A stretch of 19,612 nt of DNA. It comes from Desulfurella sp. Lineage in GTDB: Bacteria > Campylobacterota_A > Desulfurellia > Desulfurellales > Desulfurellaceae. Every line of letters begins with the position of its first letter. The first letter of the stretch is position 1. The notes under the pieces were generated by a model that was not told where the DNA came from, made no database searches, and saw only the letters and a program-made list of their open reading frames with translations. Shown here piece after piece: positions 5,895-15,803 of this stretch. The stretch covers positions 1-19,612 of the forward strand of contig JAVRLY010000023.1 in the NCBI GenBank assembly GCA_031960885.1. Reading direction: 5' to 3'. The translations under genes and the position numbers were made by a program.

Positions 5895-8800
5895 GAAGCA
5901 AGCTCTAATTTTACATCAACATCGTATCTTTTTAGTTTATCTAAAAAGTCAAAATCACATTTTATACCAGCATCTGTTTTTATTAGCGTCTGTTTGGATT
6001 GAGGTTTTTTTACACAAATAAACAATGTGCTGTTACCTGAGTATTTATTGGTTAGCTGTCTTATATCTTTAAGCACAGATTCCGCATTAGCAATATTAGA
6101 ATCAACTTCAATTGTAATTTTAGCTATTTGTTTTAGTAGTTCTTCAATTGTTATAATTGCATTGGCTGTTATAGAGATTTTTTCTTCACTTTTTTCCAAT
6201 TTGCCAACAAGCATAATAGGCTCTGTGCTTTTTAACTGTTTAAGTGTGGTATATAAACTTGGAAAAACAACAATTTCTACGCTACCGTACAAGTCAGAAA
6301 AATTAACAAAAGCCATAGTTTGTTTATTTTTTGTGTTTATTTCTTTCAAGCTTGAGACAATTCCTATAAGTCTAACATTCGACTCATCGTTTATGTCTTC
6401 TAACTCTGAAGTATAATTTATATTGAGCGATTTTATAATATTTTCGTATTTTTTAAGCGGATTATAGCTTATAAAAACACCTAAAAGTTCTTTTTCATAT
6501 TTTACTATTTCTTCTTCTTTAGTGAAAATTTCAGGTTTTAAATTAGAGGCAGTGTCCGATCCAAATAAATCAATAGATGATTTCTTTGGGTTTTCTGCTT
6601 CATTAAGCAATTTGTTCCTATTTTTGTCAATAAAATCGAAACATCCACTTTTTATCAGACTTTCTATAACTTTTTTATTTACCTTTCTTTGATTTACACG
6701 TTTTAAAAAATCCGACAGGTCTTTAAAATTGCCGTTTTTTCTTTCTTCAATAATGTTTTCTATAGCAGCCTCACCAACATTTTTTATAGCTGAAAGCCCA
6801 AACATAATAGCTTTTGTTGAGTCTTTTTGCGTCACAACTGTGAAGTCTACTTGGCTTTCATTGATATCTGGAGGCAGTATGGGGATGTTGAGTCTATTGC
6901 ATTCATCAATGTAAACTGCAACTTTATCTGTATTGTTAGCTTCGCTTGTTAGTAATGCACACATAAAGTAAGCTGGATAATGAGCTTTAAGGTATGCTGT
7001 TTGGTAGGCAATGTACGCATATGCAGCCGAGTGAGATTTATTAAAGCCATATCCTGCGAAATACTCTATCAAATCAAAAATATTTTCCGCTTGTTTCTTG
7101 TCCACGCCGTTATCAACGCAGCGTTCAATAAACATATTTCTTTGTTGTGCCATTTTTTCTTTATCTTTTTTGCCCATGCTTTTGCGTAAAACATCGGCTT
7201 CTGCAAGCGTGTAGCCTGCCAAAACATTGGCAATTTGCATAACTTGTTCTTGGTATAAAATAATACCGTAGGTTTCTTTCAAAATTGGCTCAAGTTGAGG
7301 CAGAAAATAGTCAATTTTTGCCAATCCGTGTTTTCTTTCAATGAAATCTTTTACCATACCGCTGCCAAGCGGACCAGGCCTATAAAGAGCAACCAGCGCA
7401 ATCAAGTCTTCAAAAACTGTGGGCTTAAGCTCGCTTATTAATTTTTGCATGCCAGAGCTTTCAAGCTGAAAAACGCCTAGCGTTGAGCCAGTTTGAAGCA
7501 ACTTAAATACTTTATCATCATTTGTGGGTATGTTTAGCAAATCAAATTTTTCATCTTCATATTTTCTTATTGACTTAACGGCAAAATCTATAACAGTTAG
7601 GTTTCTTAGCCCTAAAAAGTCAAATTTTATTAAACCCACATCTTCTAAATGTTCTTTTGAAAATTGCGCAATAATGGCTTCTTCTTGCGCTGGCTTATAT
7701 AAAGGACATCTATTGTAAATAGGCTCTTGCGAGATGACAACACCTGCTGCATGTTTTGAAGCATGGCGTTTTAAACCTTCGAGTGTTTTTGATAAAGTAA
7801 ATAATTCTTCTACTTGTTTATCTTCTTTAATCATTTTTTTTAATTGACCAACCTGATTAATTGCTTCGTCTAATGTAACATTTGTAGGTATAAGTTTTGC
7901 TATCTTGTCAGCCTGGGCATAGCTAAAACCCATAACACGTGCGACATCTCTTATGACAGCTTTTGAAAGCATAGTACCAAATGTTGCAACTTGTGCCACA
8001 TTGTATTTGCCATACTTTTCTTGGACGTAGTTAATTACCTCATCTCTTCTTTCTACACAAAAATCTATGTCAATATCAGGCATTGATATACGCTGTGGGT
8101 TTAAAAACCTTTCAAATAGCAATCCATATTTTAATGGGTCAATGTCAGTTATACCTAAACTATACGATACAAGACTGCCTGCAGCTGAACCTCTGCCGGG
8201 ACCAACTGGTATTGAATGACTTTTGGCATAATTGATAAAATCCCACACAATAAGAAAATAGCCACTGAAATTCATTTGTTTTATCATACTAAGTTCATAA
8301 TTTAAGCGTTCTATATATTTTTCTCTTTGGTTTTCTAAACCAAAACTCTTAATACGTTTTTCAAGACCTTCAATAGCGAGTTTTTCTAGCATTTCAGCAT
8401 CTGTTTCCATGCTTTTAGTAAATATTGGATAAATTAATTTTCCAAGTTCTAGTTCTAAATTGCAATTTTTTGCAATTAGATAGCTGTTATCAACAGCCAT
8501 TTTTAAATCAGAAAACTTGTCGTACATCTCTTGTTGTGTTTTAAAGTAGAACTCCTCAGTTTTCATTCTCATTCTATCATTGTCATCTATAAGCCTATTT
8601 GTTTGCACGCACAATAATGCATCTTGAGCTTTTGCATCTTCTTTATTTAGATAATGGCAGTCATTAGTTGCAACAAGGGGCGCATTAATTTCATTTGCTA
8701 ATTTAATGATATCTTTTTCGATTCTTATTTGTTCTGGTAAATCATGTCGCATAATTTCGATAAAAAAATTATCTTTGCCAAAGGTTTCTTGATAGTGAGT

Positions 8801-9262
8801 AGCGCATTTTTTTGCCATATCGTAATTGTTATTTAATAGATAGTAATTAATTTCACCATGCAAACAGGCACTACCTGCAATAACCCCTTCTGAGTATTTT
8901 CTAAGTAAATCTTTATCTATTCTTGGCTTGTAATAAAATCCTTCTGTATAGGAAAATGTTGATAATTTAAGCAAATTTTTATAGCCAATATTGTTTTTTG
9001 CAAGCAACGTCAAATGAAAGTTATTTTTGTTTGATTTATCAAATCTATTATCAACAAGATATGCTTCAAAACCAATTATTGGATTTATGCCATTTTTTTT
9101 GCATGTTTTGTAGAAATCCAATGCACCAAACATATTTCCATGATCGGTTAACGCAATGTATTCTTGATTATCATTTTTGGCTTTTTCTATCATTGCGTTT
9201 ATCTTTGTAGCACCATCCAAAAGACTGTATTCTGAGTGATTATGTAAATGCACAAATGCCAT
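5891..9262 (-). CDS. dnaE: DNA polymerase III alpha subunit
   Basis: PHP domain (HLHNHSEYSLLDG, TDHG), GPGRGSAAGS, catalytic PDIDIDF, KFDFLGL, YGFNKSH and OB fold; 1123 aa with no intein-sized insertion. Confidence 0.98.
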   Translation of the reverse strand: MAFVHLHNHSEYSLLDGATKINAMIEKAKNDNQEYIALTDHGNMFGALDFYKTCKKNGINPIIGFEAYLVDNRFDKSNKNNFHLTLLAKNNIGYKNLLKLSTFSYTEGFYYKPRIDKDLLRKYSEGVIAGSACLHGEINYYLLNNNYDMAKKCATHYQETFGKDNFFIEIMRHDLPEQIRIEKDIIKLANEINAPLVATNDCHYLNKEDAKAQDALLCVQTNRLIDDNDRMRMKTEEFYFKTQQEMYDKFSDLKMAVDNSYLIAKNCNLELELGKLIYPIFTKSMETDAEMLEKLAIEGLEKRIKSFGLENQREKYIERLNYELSMIKQMNFSGYFLIVWDFINYAKSHSIPVGPGRGSAAGSLVSYSLGITDIDPLKYGLLFERFLNPQRISMPDIDIDFCVERRDEVINYVQEKYGKYNVAQVATFGTMLSKAVIRDVARVMGFSYAQADKIAKLIPTNVTLDEAINQVGQLKKMIKEDKQVEELFTLSKTLEGLKRHASKHAAGVVISQEPIYNRCPLYKPAQEEAIIAQFSKEHLEDVGLIKFDFLGLRNLTVIDFAVKSIRKYEDEKFDLLNIPTNDDKVFKLLQTGSTLGVFQLESSGMQKLISELKPTVFEDLIALVALYRPGPLGSGMVKDFIERKHGLAKIDYFLPQLEPILKETYGIILYQEQVMQIANVLAGYTLAEADVLRKSMGKKDKEKMAQQRNMFIERCVDNGVDKKQAENIFDLIEYFAGYGFNKSHSAAYAYIAYQTAYLKAHYPAYFMCALLTSEANNTDKVAVYIDECNRLNIPILPPDINESQVDFTVVTQKDSTKAIMFGLSAIKNVGEAAIENIIEERKNGNFKDLSDFLKRVNQRKVNKKVIESLIKSGCFDFIDKNRNKLLNEAENPKKSSIDLFGSDTASNLKPEIFTKEEEIVKYEKELLGVFISYNPLKKYENIIKSLNINYTSELEDINDESNVRLIGIVSSLKEINTKNKQTMAFVNFSDLYGSVEIVVFPSLYTTLKQLKSTEPIMLVGKLEKSEEKISITANAIITIEELLKQIAKITIEVDSNIANAESVLKDIRQLTNKYSGNSTLFICVKKPQSKQTLIKTDAGIKCDFDFLDKLKRYDVDVKLELAS

Positions 9263-9265
9263 ATG

Positions 9266-9733
9266 TCACCTCATAGTTTGTTTTATTTTTTTCAATGTGG
9301 TATCTATTTTGTAATTCTCAATTACAATATCAGCCTTAGCATAACAATATTTTCTTTTGTTTATAAGAACTTTTGCTTTTTTAAATAACGGTCTGTTTGT
9401 TTTATCGATTTTGGATATGCGCCATTTAGGTACTTTTAGATATACTACCAAGCCTTTTGTTTTCATTATGTCGATGTTATTTTTAAAACAAGGCATGCCG
9501 CCACCGCTTGCCATAACAAAATGCTTTTTTGGGTTGGTATCTATTAAGATTTTTCGCTCAAGTCGCCTAAAAAAATATTCACCAAAACAATGAAAAATTT
9601 TGGATATAGGCATATTCAATTTTTTTTCTATTACAGCATCTGTATCAATAAATACATACTTTAGTTCTTTAGCTAGCCTTTGGCCAATTGTGGTTTTCCC
9701 ACTGCCCATAAAACCAATTAAAACCACATTCAT
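9266..9733 (-). CDS. aroK: Shikimate kinase
   Basis: LIGFMGSGKTT P-loop, FIDTD, GEYFFRRLE, ASGGG, RPL; ATGA overlap with aroC. Confidence 0.95.
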   Translation of the reverse strand: MNVVLIGFMGSGKTTIGQRLAKELKYVFIDTDAVIEKKLNMPISKIFHCFGEYFFRRLERKILIDTNPKKHFVMASGGGMPCFKNNIDIMKTKGLVVYLKVPKWRISKIDKTNRPLFKKAKVLINKRKYCYAKADIVIENYKIDTTLKKIKQTMR

Positions 9734-10884
9734 TTGGTTTTTAAGTATTCTTTGTAACTTTCTACATTCTTTTTAAATTCGTTGATTGTATCGCCACCGA
9801 ATTTTTCTAAACACGCATTTAAAATTTCATAGGCACAAGCTGCTCGCACAACTACGCTTGCAGCACTTACCGCACACACATCGCTGCGTTCGTACTGTGA
9901 TAAGCAACTCTCTTTGGAAATTACATCAACTGTTCTTAGACCTTTGCGTGTTGTTGGTATGGGTTTCATGAATGCTTTAATAATGATATTTTCTCCATTG
10001 GATATGCCGCCTTCTATACCACCTAAGTGGTTTGTAAAACGTCTGTACCTTTTTAAGTTGTTATCAAAATAAATTTCATCTTGAACTTCGCTTGAGAATC
10101 TAAATGCGTTATCTATGCCATCGCCTATGCTTACCGCTTTGATTGCTTGCACACTCATTGCAGCTAGCGCTAGCCTTGCATCCAATTTTTTATCCCACCT
10201 ATAAGAACCTATGCCTTCAACAACACCATTTATTAATACCTCAGCTACACCACCTAAACTATCGTTGTTTTTTATTGCTTCATCTATAGCTTTTTTCATT
10301 TCTTGAGAAGCTGATTTGTCTGGGCAAAACAATTCATCATTAACACTATTTTTTAATATTTCTATATCATTATAGTCAATATTTGCTTTTACTTTTCCAA
10401 TTGAGCTTACAAAATGATAAAACTCCACACCTATTTCTTTCAAACACAACTCACAAATTGCACCCACGGCAACCCTTATAGCTGTTTGTCTTGCACTTGA
10501 GCGCTCAAGGCAATCGCGCATGTCGTTTCTATCGTATTTTAAGTAACCGACTAAATCCACATGACCTGGCCTTGGTTTTGTGATTTTTTTTTGCTCGCTG
10601 TAGGGCGCAAAAGGCGCCATAGTATCTTCCCAATTCTTGTAATCTTTGTTTGTTATTTTAAGCGTAATTGGGCTTGCTATAGTGTAGCCAAACCGCACGC
10701 CGCTCAAGATTTCTATTTTATCTTTTTCAATATTTTGTCGTGCGCCTCTGCCATAGCCGCTTTGTCTTAACGATAGCAAGTAATTTATAAAATTCTCGTC
10801 AATCTTAAGTCCAGCTGGTATGCCATCGATAATTGCACACAAGCCATTACCATGAGATTCACCAGCATCTAAATAACTAATCAT
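9730..10884 (-). CDS. aroC: Chorismate synthase
   Basis: AGESHG, RQSGYGRGAR, PRPGHVD, ERSSARQTA, GGIEGGISNG, KPIPT and RSDVC signatures. Confidence 0.98.
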   Translation of the reverse strand: MISYLDAGESHGNGLCAIIDGIPAGLKIDENFINYLLSLRQSGYGRGARQNIEKDKIEILSGVRFGYTIASPITLKITNKDYKNWEDTMAPFAPYSEQKKITKPRPGHVDLVGYLKYDRNDMRDCLERSSARQTAIRVAVGAICELCLKEIGVEFYHFVSSIGKVKANIDYNDIEILKNSVNDELFCPDKSASQEMKKAIDEAIKNNDSLGGVAEVLINGVVEGIGSYRWDKKLDARLALAAMSVQAIKAVSIGDGIDNAFRFSSEVQDEIYFDNNLKRYRRFTNHLGGIEGGISNGENIIIKAFMKPIPTTRKGLRTVDVISKESCLSQYERSDVCAVSAASVVVRAACAYEILNACLEKFGGDTINEFKKNVESYKEYLKTK

Positions 10885-13225
10885 CGTTGTTTTTTAGCTG
10901 TTTTGCAATTTTTCTAAAAGCCATATCGGCATAGTAATGCACTGTTTCCTTTTCGTACCTGTTTTTAATTAATTTTCCTGCTTTCATGCCAGTAAATATT
11001 TCCAAACAATCATCTATTGTTTCAACTGTGTATAGTTTAAAAATACCTTTTTTGACTGCTTCTATTACCTCATCGTTTAATACCAAATCTTTTTTATTTT
11101 GGTAAGGTATCACGACACCAGCATCACCTAAATTGCCAGAAATTTTTAAAATGTCAAAAAATCCCTCAATTTTTTCATTTATACCGCCAACTGGCTGAAT
11201 AAGACCATCTTGACTCATCGAACCAGTAACTGCTAAATTATTTTTAACGGGTATTTTTGCAATTGACGATAAAAGGGCTATTGTCATAGCTGTTGTAGCG
11301 CTATCACCTTCAATGTATGAGTAAGATTGTTCAAAACTAACTGTCGCTTGCAAGCTTAGCGGTTTATCGTATGCGTATTTAGAACCCAAGTATCCGCTGA
11401 TTATAAAAGAAGATTTGTCAAATATTTTTCCTGAAAGTTTGCTCTCTGTTTCAATGTTTATGACACCACCTTTACCCACATGAGTTCTAGCAATAATTTT
11501 ATTGGGCCTACCAAAAGAAAAATCGCCAATTTGAGAAACAGATAAACCGTTGACCTGTCCGATCTTTTCTCCTTTGAGATCTATTAATATTGTGCCATCT
11601 TTTATTAATTCTTGAACTTTTTCTCTATAAATATCTTTTATAAAAATTCTGTTTTCGATTGCTTGTTTAATGCGCTCATATCCAAGTGTTTCGCTGCTTT
11701 GACTTAATGCACTTGCTTCTTCGATAATATCAATACATTCATCAATGTTAGACCAAATTTTTTTTGAGCTTTCAGCTAATCTAAATGCGTATTTTGCAAC
11801 CGCTTTAAGCCCATCTTTTGTTGGTATTTTTATGTTTTTTTCTTTACAAATTTCTACAACATTGGTTAAATATTGATTAATTGTTTCATTTTTTGCATCT
11901 ATTGCATGATTAAAATTAGTTTTCAGTTTAAAAAGATTTTTCATATCTTCATCATACTCGTACAGTAAGTCATAAATAAACTCACTTCCTATTAAAATAA
12001 CTTTTATATCTAAATCAATAGGGTCTGGTTTTAGGCTTTCCGTTGAGATAGCGCCATACTTATCAATGGGATCTTCTATGGTTAATTGCCTTGATTTTAG
12101 AGTTTTTTTCAATGTATCCCATACAAATGGGTTTGTTAGTACACTTAATGCATCTAGTATTAAAAAACCTCCGTTATTTTTTGCAATCTGCCCTGTTACA
12201 ATGTTTGTAAAATTTGTTACAAGCATGCCAAAGTATGCCTGTTTTTCAATTTTCCCAAATAAATTGGAATAAGTTGGGTTTGGCTCATAAGAAATAGGTA
12301 TGCCTACATCCGAGTTATCCACAACTACATTGACTTTATACTCAATGTATTTTGAAGGTAAACTCAAGAAAGGATAGGGTTCATTTTTGCCTGGTAAAAA
12401 AATTTGTAAATTGTTTATTGTATAATGCTCGACCTCATTTAAATAATCTTCTACGCATTGAATGCCTTCAAATTCTGATTTTATTGCATCTAACTTGTTG
12501 CTTATGATGGATAGACCAATTTCATCATTTAGCTTTTTTATTTTTTGAAAACGTTCCTTTTCCAATTCTCTTGAAGCAAACATAAATTCATTTATATGTA
12601 TTTCAAGCTCTTTTCTTCTTTCCTCAATTTCTTTTTTTATGTTAGAATCCAATGTTGTGAAATCTTTTTCCGTAATGATTTTTCCGTTTAGCACGGGATT
12701 CACTACAAGACCAGATGGTGTAGGTTTTATTGTAAAATTTAGTTTTGATGCTTTTGTCTCAAGTTCTTCGAAAACGTGCGTTTGTTTCTCACCATACTCA
12801 AGATTAATTGCTTGAATTCTATTTTCGTAATCTTTGCTTTCAAAAATAGCTGGTATATTTGCCATTAAATATTCAACAAATTCACTCATTTTGGCGGCCA
12901 ATACGTTTCCTTTGGCTTTTGGCAAAACTAGTAGCTTTGGCATTTTGGGATTGTTAAAATTATTTACATAGGCATAGTCATAAACTGTAAATTCTTTATT
13001 TTTTGATAGTTCTATAATTTTGTCTTTTATGTAGTTTTTTATTTGACCCAAATCACCAGATATATACAAATTATAGTACGAATTTTCTATATTAACAAGC
13101 ATTTTTAGTGCCTGATTAAGGCGTTCTTGATTTACAAAATAGTCTGCACTACCGCCTTCTAAAACGCCATTTGAAATATCTATATCAAATTCAATCTCTT
13201 GTGGGTTAATAACGTTAAATCCCAT
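10877..13225 (-). CDS. Lon-like S16 protease with degenerate AAA-like domain (LonC/YcbZ type)
   Basis: Ser-Lys dyad motifs IEGDSAT and VGGINEKIEGFF, plus AVTGS, GQVNGLSV, NPTYSNLFGKIE and a long coiled-coil insert. SD AGGAG at 13231-13235. Confidence 0.9.
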   Translation of the reverse strand: MGFNVINPQEIEFDIDISNGVLEGGSADYFVNQERLNQALKMLVNIENSYYNLYISGDLGQIKNYIKDKIIELSKNKEFTVYDYAYVNNFNNPKMPKLLVLPKAKGNVLAAKMSEFVEYLMANIPAIFESKDYENRIQAINLEYGEKQTHVFEELETKASKLNFTIKPTPSGLVVNPVLNGKIITEKDFTTLDSNIKKEIEERRKELEIHINEFMFASRELEKERFQKIKKLNDEIGLSIISNKLDAIKSEFEGIQCVEDYLNEVEHYTINNLQIFLPGKNEPYPFLSLPSKYIEYKVNVVVDNSDVGIPISYEPNPTYSNLFGKIEKQAYFGMLVTNFTNIVTGQIAKNNGGFLILDALSVLTNPFVWDTLKKTLKSRQLTIEDPIDKYGAISTESLKPDPIDLDIKVILIGSEFIYDLLYEYDEDMKNLFKLKTNFNHAIDAKNETINQYLTNVVEICKEKNIKIPTKDGLKAVAKYAFRLAESSKKIWSNIDECIDIIEEASALSQSSETLGYERIKQAIENRIFIKDIYREKVQELIKDGTILIDLKGEKIGQVNGLSVSQIGDFSFGRPNKIIARTHVGKGGVINIETESKLSGKIFDKSSFIISGYLGSKYAYDKPLSLQATVSFEQSYSYIEGDSATTAMTIALLSSIAKIPVKNNLAVTGSMSQDGLIQPVGGINEKIEGFFDILKISGNLGDAGVVIPYQNKKDLVLNDEVIEAVKKGIFKLYTVETIDDCLEIFTGMKAGKLIKNRYEKETVHYYADMAFRKIAKQLKNNDD

Positions 13226-13233
13226 AAAAACTC

Positions 13234-13515
13234 CTATTTTATAAGTTTTGTTTTGATAAACTCAAATGGCAGTTTAGCTTGAATCCTTGTGCCATTTGGC
13301 AATACAATCCTTGACTCAGAAAGTTGATTTAGAATAAAGTCATAGAGATCTTCTAATTCTTCGATATTAACATCTATAGAAATAATAGATATATTTTCAT
13401 TTAACTCAACAAACCATTCGCAGTAGATTATATTTTTCTCAATTAACAATTCTTTAAAATCCCATCTTTTTGTTTTTTTCAAAATAATATCAATATTAAA
13501 ACGCTTTTTATTCAT
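13234..13515 (-). CDS. Hypothetical protein, about 93 aa (MNKKRFNIDI...)
   Basis: Protein-like composition from Met42 of the 134-aa ORF. Its stop TAG overlaps the SD of the Lon-like gene. The first 41 codons overlap both divergent promoters, so the start was moved to ATG 13515. Confidence 0.6.
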   Translation of the reverse strand: MNKKRFNIDIILKKTKRWDFKELLIEKNIIYCEWFVELNENISIISIDVNIEELEDLYDFILNQLSESRIVLPNGTRIQAKLPFEFIKTKLIK

Positions 13516-13521
13516 GTTTAT

Positions 13522-13550
13522 AATATATACATTTGAACTATAAAAATCAA
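13522..13550 (-). promoter_or_regulatory. Putative sigma70 promoter for the hyp-lon-aroC-aroK-dnaE run
   Basis: Minus strand TTGATT (13550-13545), 17-nt spacer, TATATT (13527-13522), then 6 nt to ATG 13515. Confidence 0.5.
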
Positions 13551-13618
13551 ATTTATTTTTAGAACAGAATTTGCTAGTGAAATTAAGTAAGAAAAAAATT
13601 TTTTTTGGTGGATTTTTG

Positions 13619-13647
13619 TTGACAATTAAAAGTGGCAATGTTAAACT
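13619..13647 (+). promoter_or_regulatory. Sigma70-type promoter of pilMNOPQ-smpB
   Basis: TTGACA (13619-13624), 17-nt spacer, TAAACT (13642-13647) with extended -10 TG at 13639-13640; A/T tracts upstream. Confidence 0.75.
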
Positions 13648-13678
13648 AAAATAACGCTTTTGTAAGAAGGTATGAAAA

Positions 13679-14677
13679 ATGGGAAGTAAAAATCTTATTG
13701 GGTTAGATATAGGTTCAAAATTTACTAAAATTGCTCAGCTGAAAGAAAAAAGCGGCATCAAGTTTTTAACAAACGCTTATCTTATTAATTCGCCAGACAA
13801 TCTTAATTTAGAAGACCCATCTACAATGAAAGATTTTTTAACAAAATTAGCAAGTCAGTACGATTTGAAAAACAAGCCTATTGCTTATGCTTTTAGTATT
13901 TCGGAATGTATTGCAAGATATTTGACCATACCATTGGTGGATGAATCAGAAATCGAACAAGCTATAATGTGGGAAGCTGAACAGTACATACCGTTTAAAC
14001 TTGATAAAGTAAACGTAAACTATCAAATTTTAGATGTGGATCAGAAAAATAAAAATTTAAAAGTGCTTATTGTAGCAGCAAAAAAAGAGAAGATAGATTT
14101 ATTAAAAGAAGTATTTGATAAATCACAGCTGAAACTCAAGTGTATCGATATTGATGTATTTGCTACAATAAATGCATACTTTGAAAATACTTTAGCAAAA
14201 GATAAACTCGTATTTATATTAAACATTGGTGCAAAGTCAACAAAATTAGCTTTAGTTAATGGTAATCAGCCAATATACTTTAGCTACACTGACTTCAATT
14301 TAGATTCAATGGTTTTGGATATTGCAAGCAAATTGTCTATTTCAGAATCAGAAAGCGTAAAAATACTGCTATCCAAAGAAAAAGACCCTCATTTAACAAG
14401 TATTGTTGAAAGTAATTTGGTTAATTTAAAAAATGAATTATCAAGTGTGTTAAACTTTAATTTCACACTTATGGCAGATAGGCACATAGACAATTTTGTT
14501 TTAGCAGGCGGTGCGTGTGCTATAGAAGAGGTATCTTCTTATTTATCTACTGTATTTAATGTAGATGTAGTAAAACTTAACCCGTTTGAAACACTAACTG
14601 TAGAAGACACTAAGTTTGATATGGGCAATAGGTATTTGTTTGATGTGGCTTTAGGTTTGGCTTTGAGGAAGCTATGA
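13679..14677 (+). CDS. pilM: Type IV pilus assembly protein PilM (actin-like)
   Basis: IGLDIGS, WEAEQYIPF, VLIVAAKK, IDIDVFA, LNIGAKST, LAGGA, NPF, ALGLALR. Confidence 0.95.
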   Translation: MGSKNLIGLDIGSKFTKIAQLKEKSGIKFLTNAYLINSPDNLNLEDPSTMKDFLTKLASQYDLKNKPIAYAFSISECIARYLTIPLVDESEIEQAIMWEAEQYIPFKLDKVNVNYQILDVDQKNKNLKVLIVAAKKEKIDLLKEVFDKSQLKLKCIDIDVFATINAYFENTLAKDKLVFILNIGAKSTKLALVNGNQPIYFSYTDFNLDSMVLDIASKLSISESESVKILLSKEKDPHLTSIVESNLVNLKNELSSVLNFNFTLMADRHIDNFVLAGGACAIEEVSSYLSTVFNVDVVKLNPFETLTVEDTKFDMGNRYLFDVALGLALRKL

Positions 14678-15198
14678 TAGAGATAAATTTACTTAATAAT
14701 ATTGGAGAAAGACAGCAACAAAGAGGTATTGAAGATAGATTTTGGCTTATATTGTTGGTTGTTGTATTGGCAGAAATTGCGGTATTATTTGGTATCAGTG
14801 CTTTTGAGAAAGCTAAAATTAGACATTTGGAGGAGAAAAAATCGTATTTGAGCGCTTTATCAGACAAAATTAGGGTTATTCAAGGTAACGAGCTTAAAGC
14901 GCATCAGCTTGTTAATACAATATCAAAATTGGAATCTGGTAAAAATCTGCCAGTTGAAATTTTATACGCTTTATCAAATGCTTTGCCAAGCAATGTATGG
15001 CTTACTAGGGTTGAAAAACAATCTAATACATTAAATATTTCTGCATCGAGTTTGGATATTGATTCTATATCGTTGTTTATGAATAATCTATTAAAAGAAA
15101 AAATTATCAAAGATGTGAAGTTTAATCAAGGCGTAACAAAAAACAATGATCAAAAGCAAAATGTTTATCAGTTTTCATTAATTTGTAATTTGAGGTAA
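14674..15198 (+). CDS. pilN: Type IV pilus assembly protein PilN
   Basis: N-terminal INLL PilM-binding motif, single TM helix, coiled coil, LPSNVWLT; position in operon. Confidence 0.88.
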   Translation: MIEINLLNNIGERQQQRGIEDRFWLILLVVVLAEIAVLFGISAFEKAKIRHLEEKKSYLSALSDKIRVIQGNELKAHQLVNTISKLESGKNLPVEILYALSNALPSNVWLTRVEKQSNTLNISASSLDIDSISLFMNNLLKEKIIKDVKFNQGVTKNNDQKQNVYQFSLICNLR

Positions 15199-15200
15199 TT

Positions 15201-15803
15201 ATGGCATCAAACAAATTTACTGGTAAAAGTCAGCTTTCCAGTCAATTTAGCGATATACCGCTATCTCAAAAGATTGCTATAAGTGCAGTTGTTGTGTTTG
15301 GTTTATTGTTAATTTGGTATTTTAGCTATTTTCAAGGTTTATATTCCAAATCAAAGCAGCTTAATGGGCAAATTTTGCAATTAAGTGAGTTTGAGAGAAA
15401 ACTTCCTTTAGAGATGAAGAAATACGCCGATATAAGTAAAAAATTAAAAACGTACAAAGAAATGTTGCCCGAAAAGGAAGAGATTCCAAAGTTGCTGGTT
15501 GATATGCATTCTACCATTATAAAAACGGGTGTTTCAATGAACAAGTTTCTGCCACAAACTGTAAGCGAGCAAAATCAAAATGCTACATATACAATAACGC
15601 CAATACAAATTAGTATAAGTGGTACTTATAACCAAATAGGTAATGCATTTGAAGCCATAAGTAGTATACAGAGGCTCGTTAAAATAACTGATTTTTCAAT
15701 AAGCCCCTCAAATAATGCGAGTATTTTAAATGTTGATTTTAAAGCGCAGACTTATTCACTAAAAAGCGCAACACAAAATCAAAAAAGTGAGAAAACAAAA
15801 TGA
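15201..15803 (+). CDS. pilO: Type IV pilus assembly protein PilO
   Basis: N-terminal TM helix, coiled coil, LPEKEEIPKLL, PIQISISGTYNQIG and RLV motifs. Confidence 0.92.
   Translation: MASNKFTGKSQLSSQFSDIPLSQKIAISAVVVFGLLLIWYFSYFQGLYSKSKQLNGQILQLSEFERKLPLEMKKYADISKKLKTYKEMLPEKEEIPKLLVDMHSTIIKTGVSMNKFLPQTVSEQNQNATYTITPIQISISGTYNQIGNAFEAISSIQRLVKITDFSISPSNNASILNVDFKAQTYSLKSATQNQKSEKTK

Noticed and set aside
5891..9262. Intein or split in dnaE
   Set aside because: Normal length, continuous motifs and no intein-like terminal signatures.
13516..13638. N-terminal 41 codons of the 134-aa ORF
   Set aside because: They overlap both divergent promoters and consist of A/T tracts; unlikely to be coding.
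13633..13648. TGGCA upstream of pilM as a sigma54 -24 element
   Set aside because: No TTGC at -12; the same DNA is better explained as the spacer of a strong sigma70 promoter.
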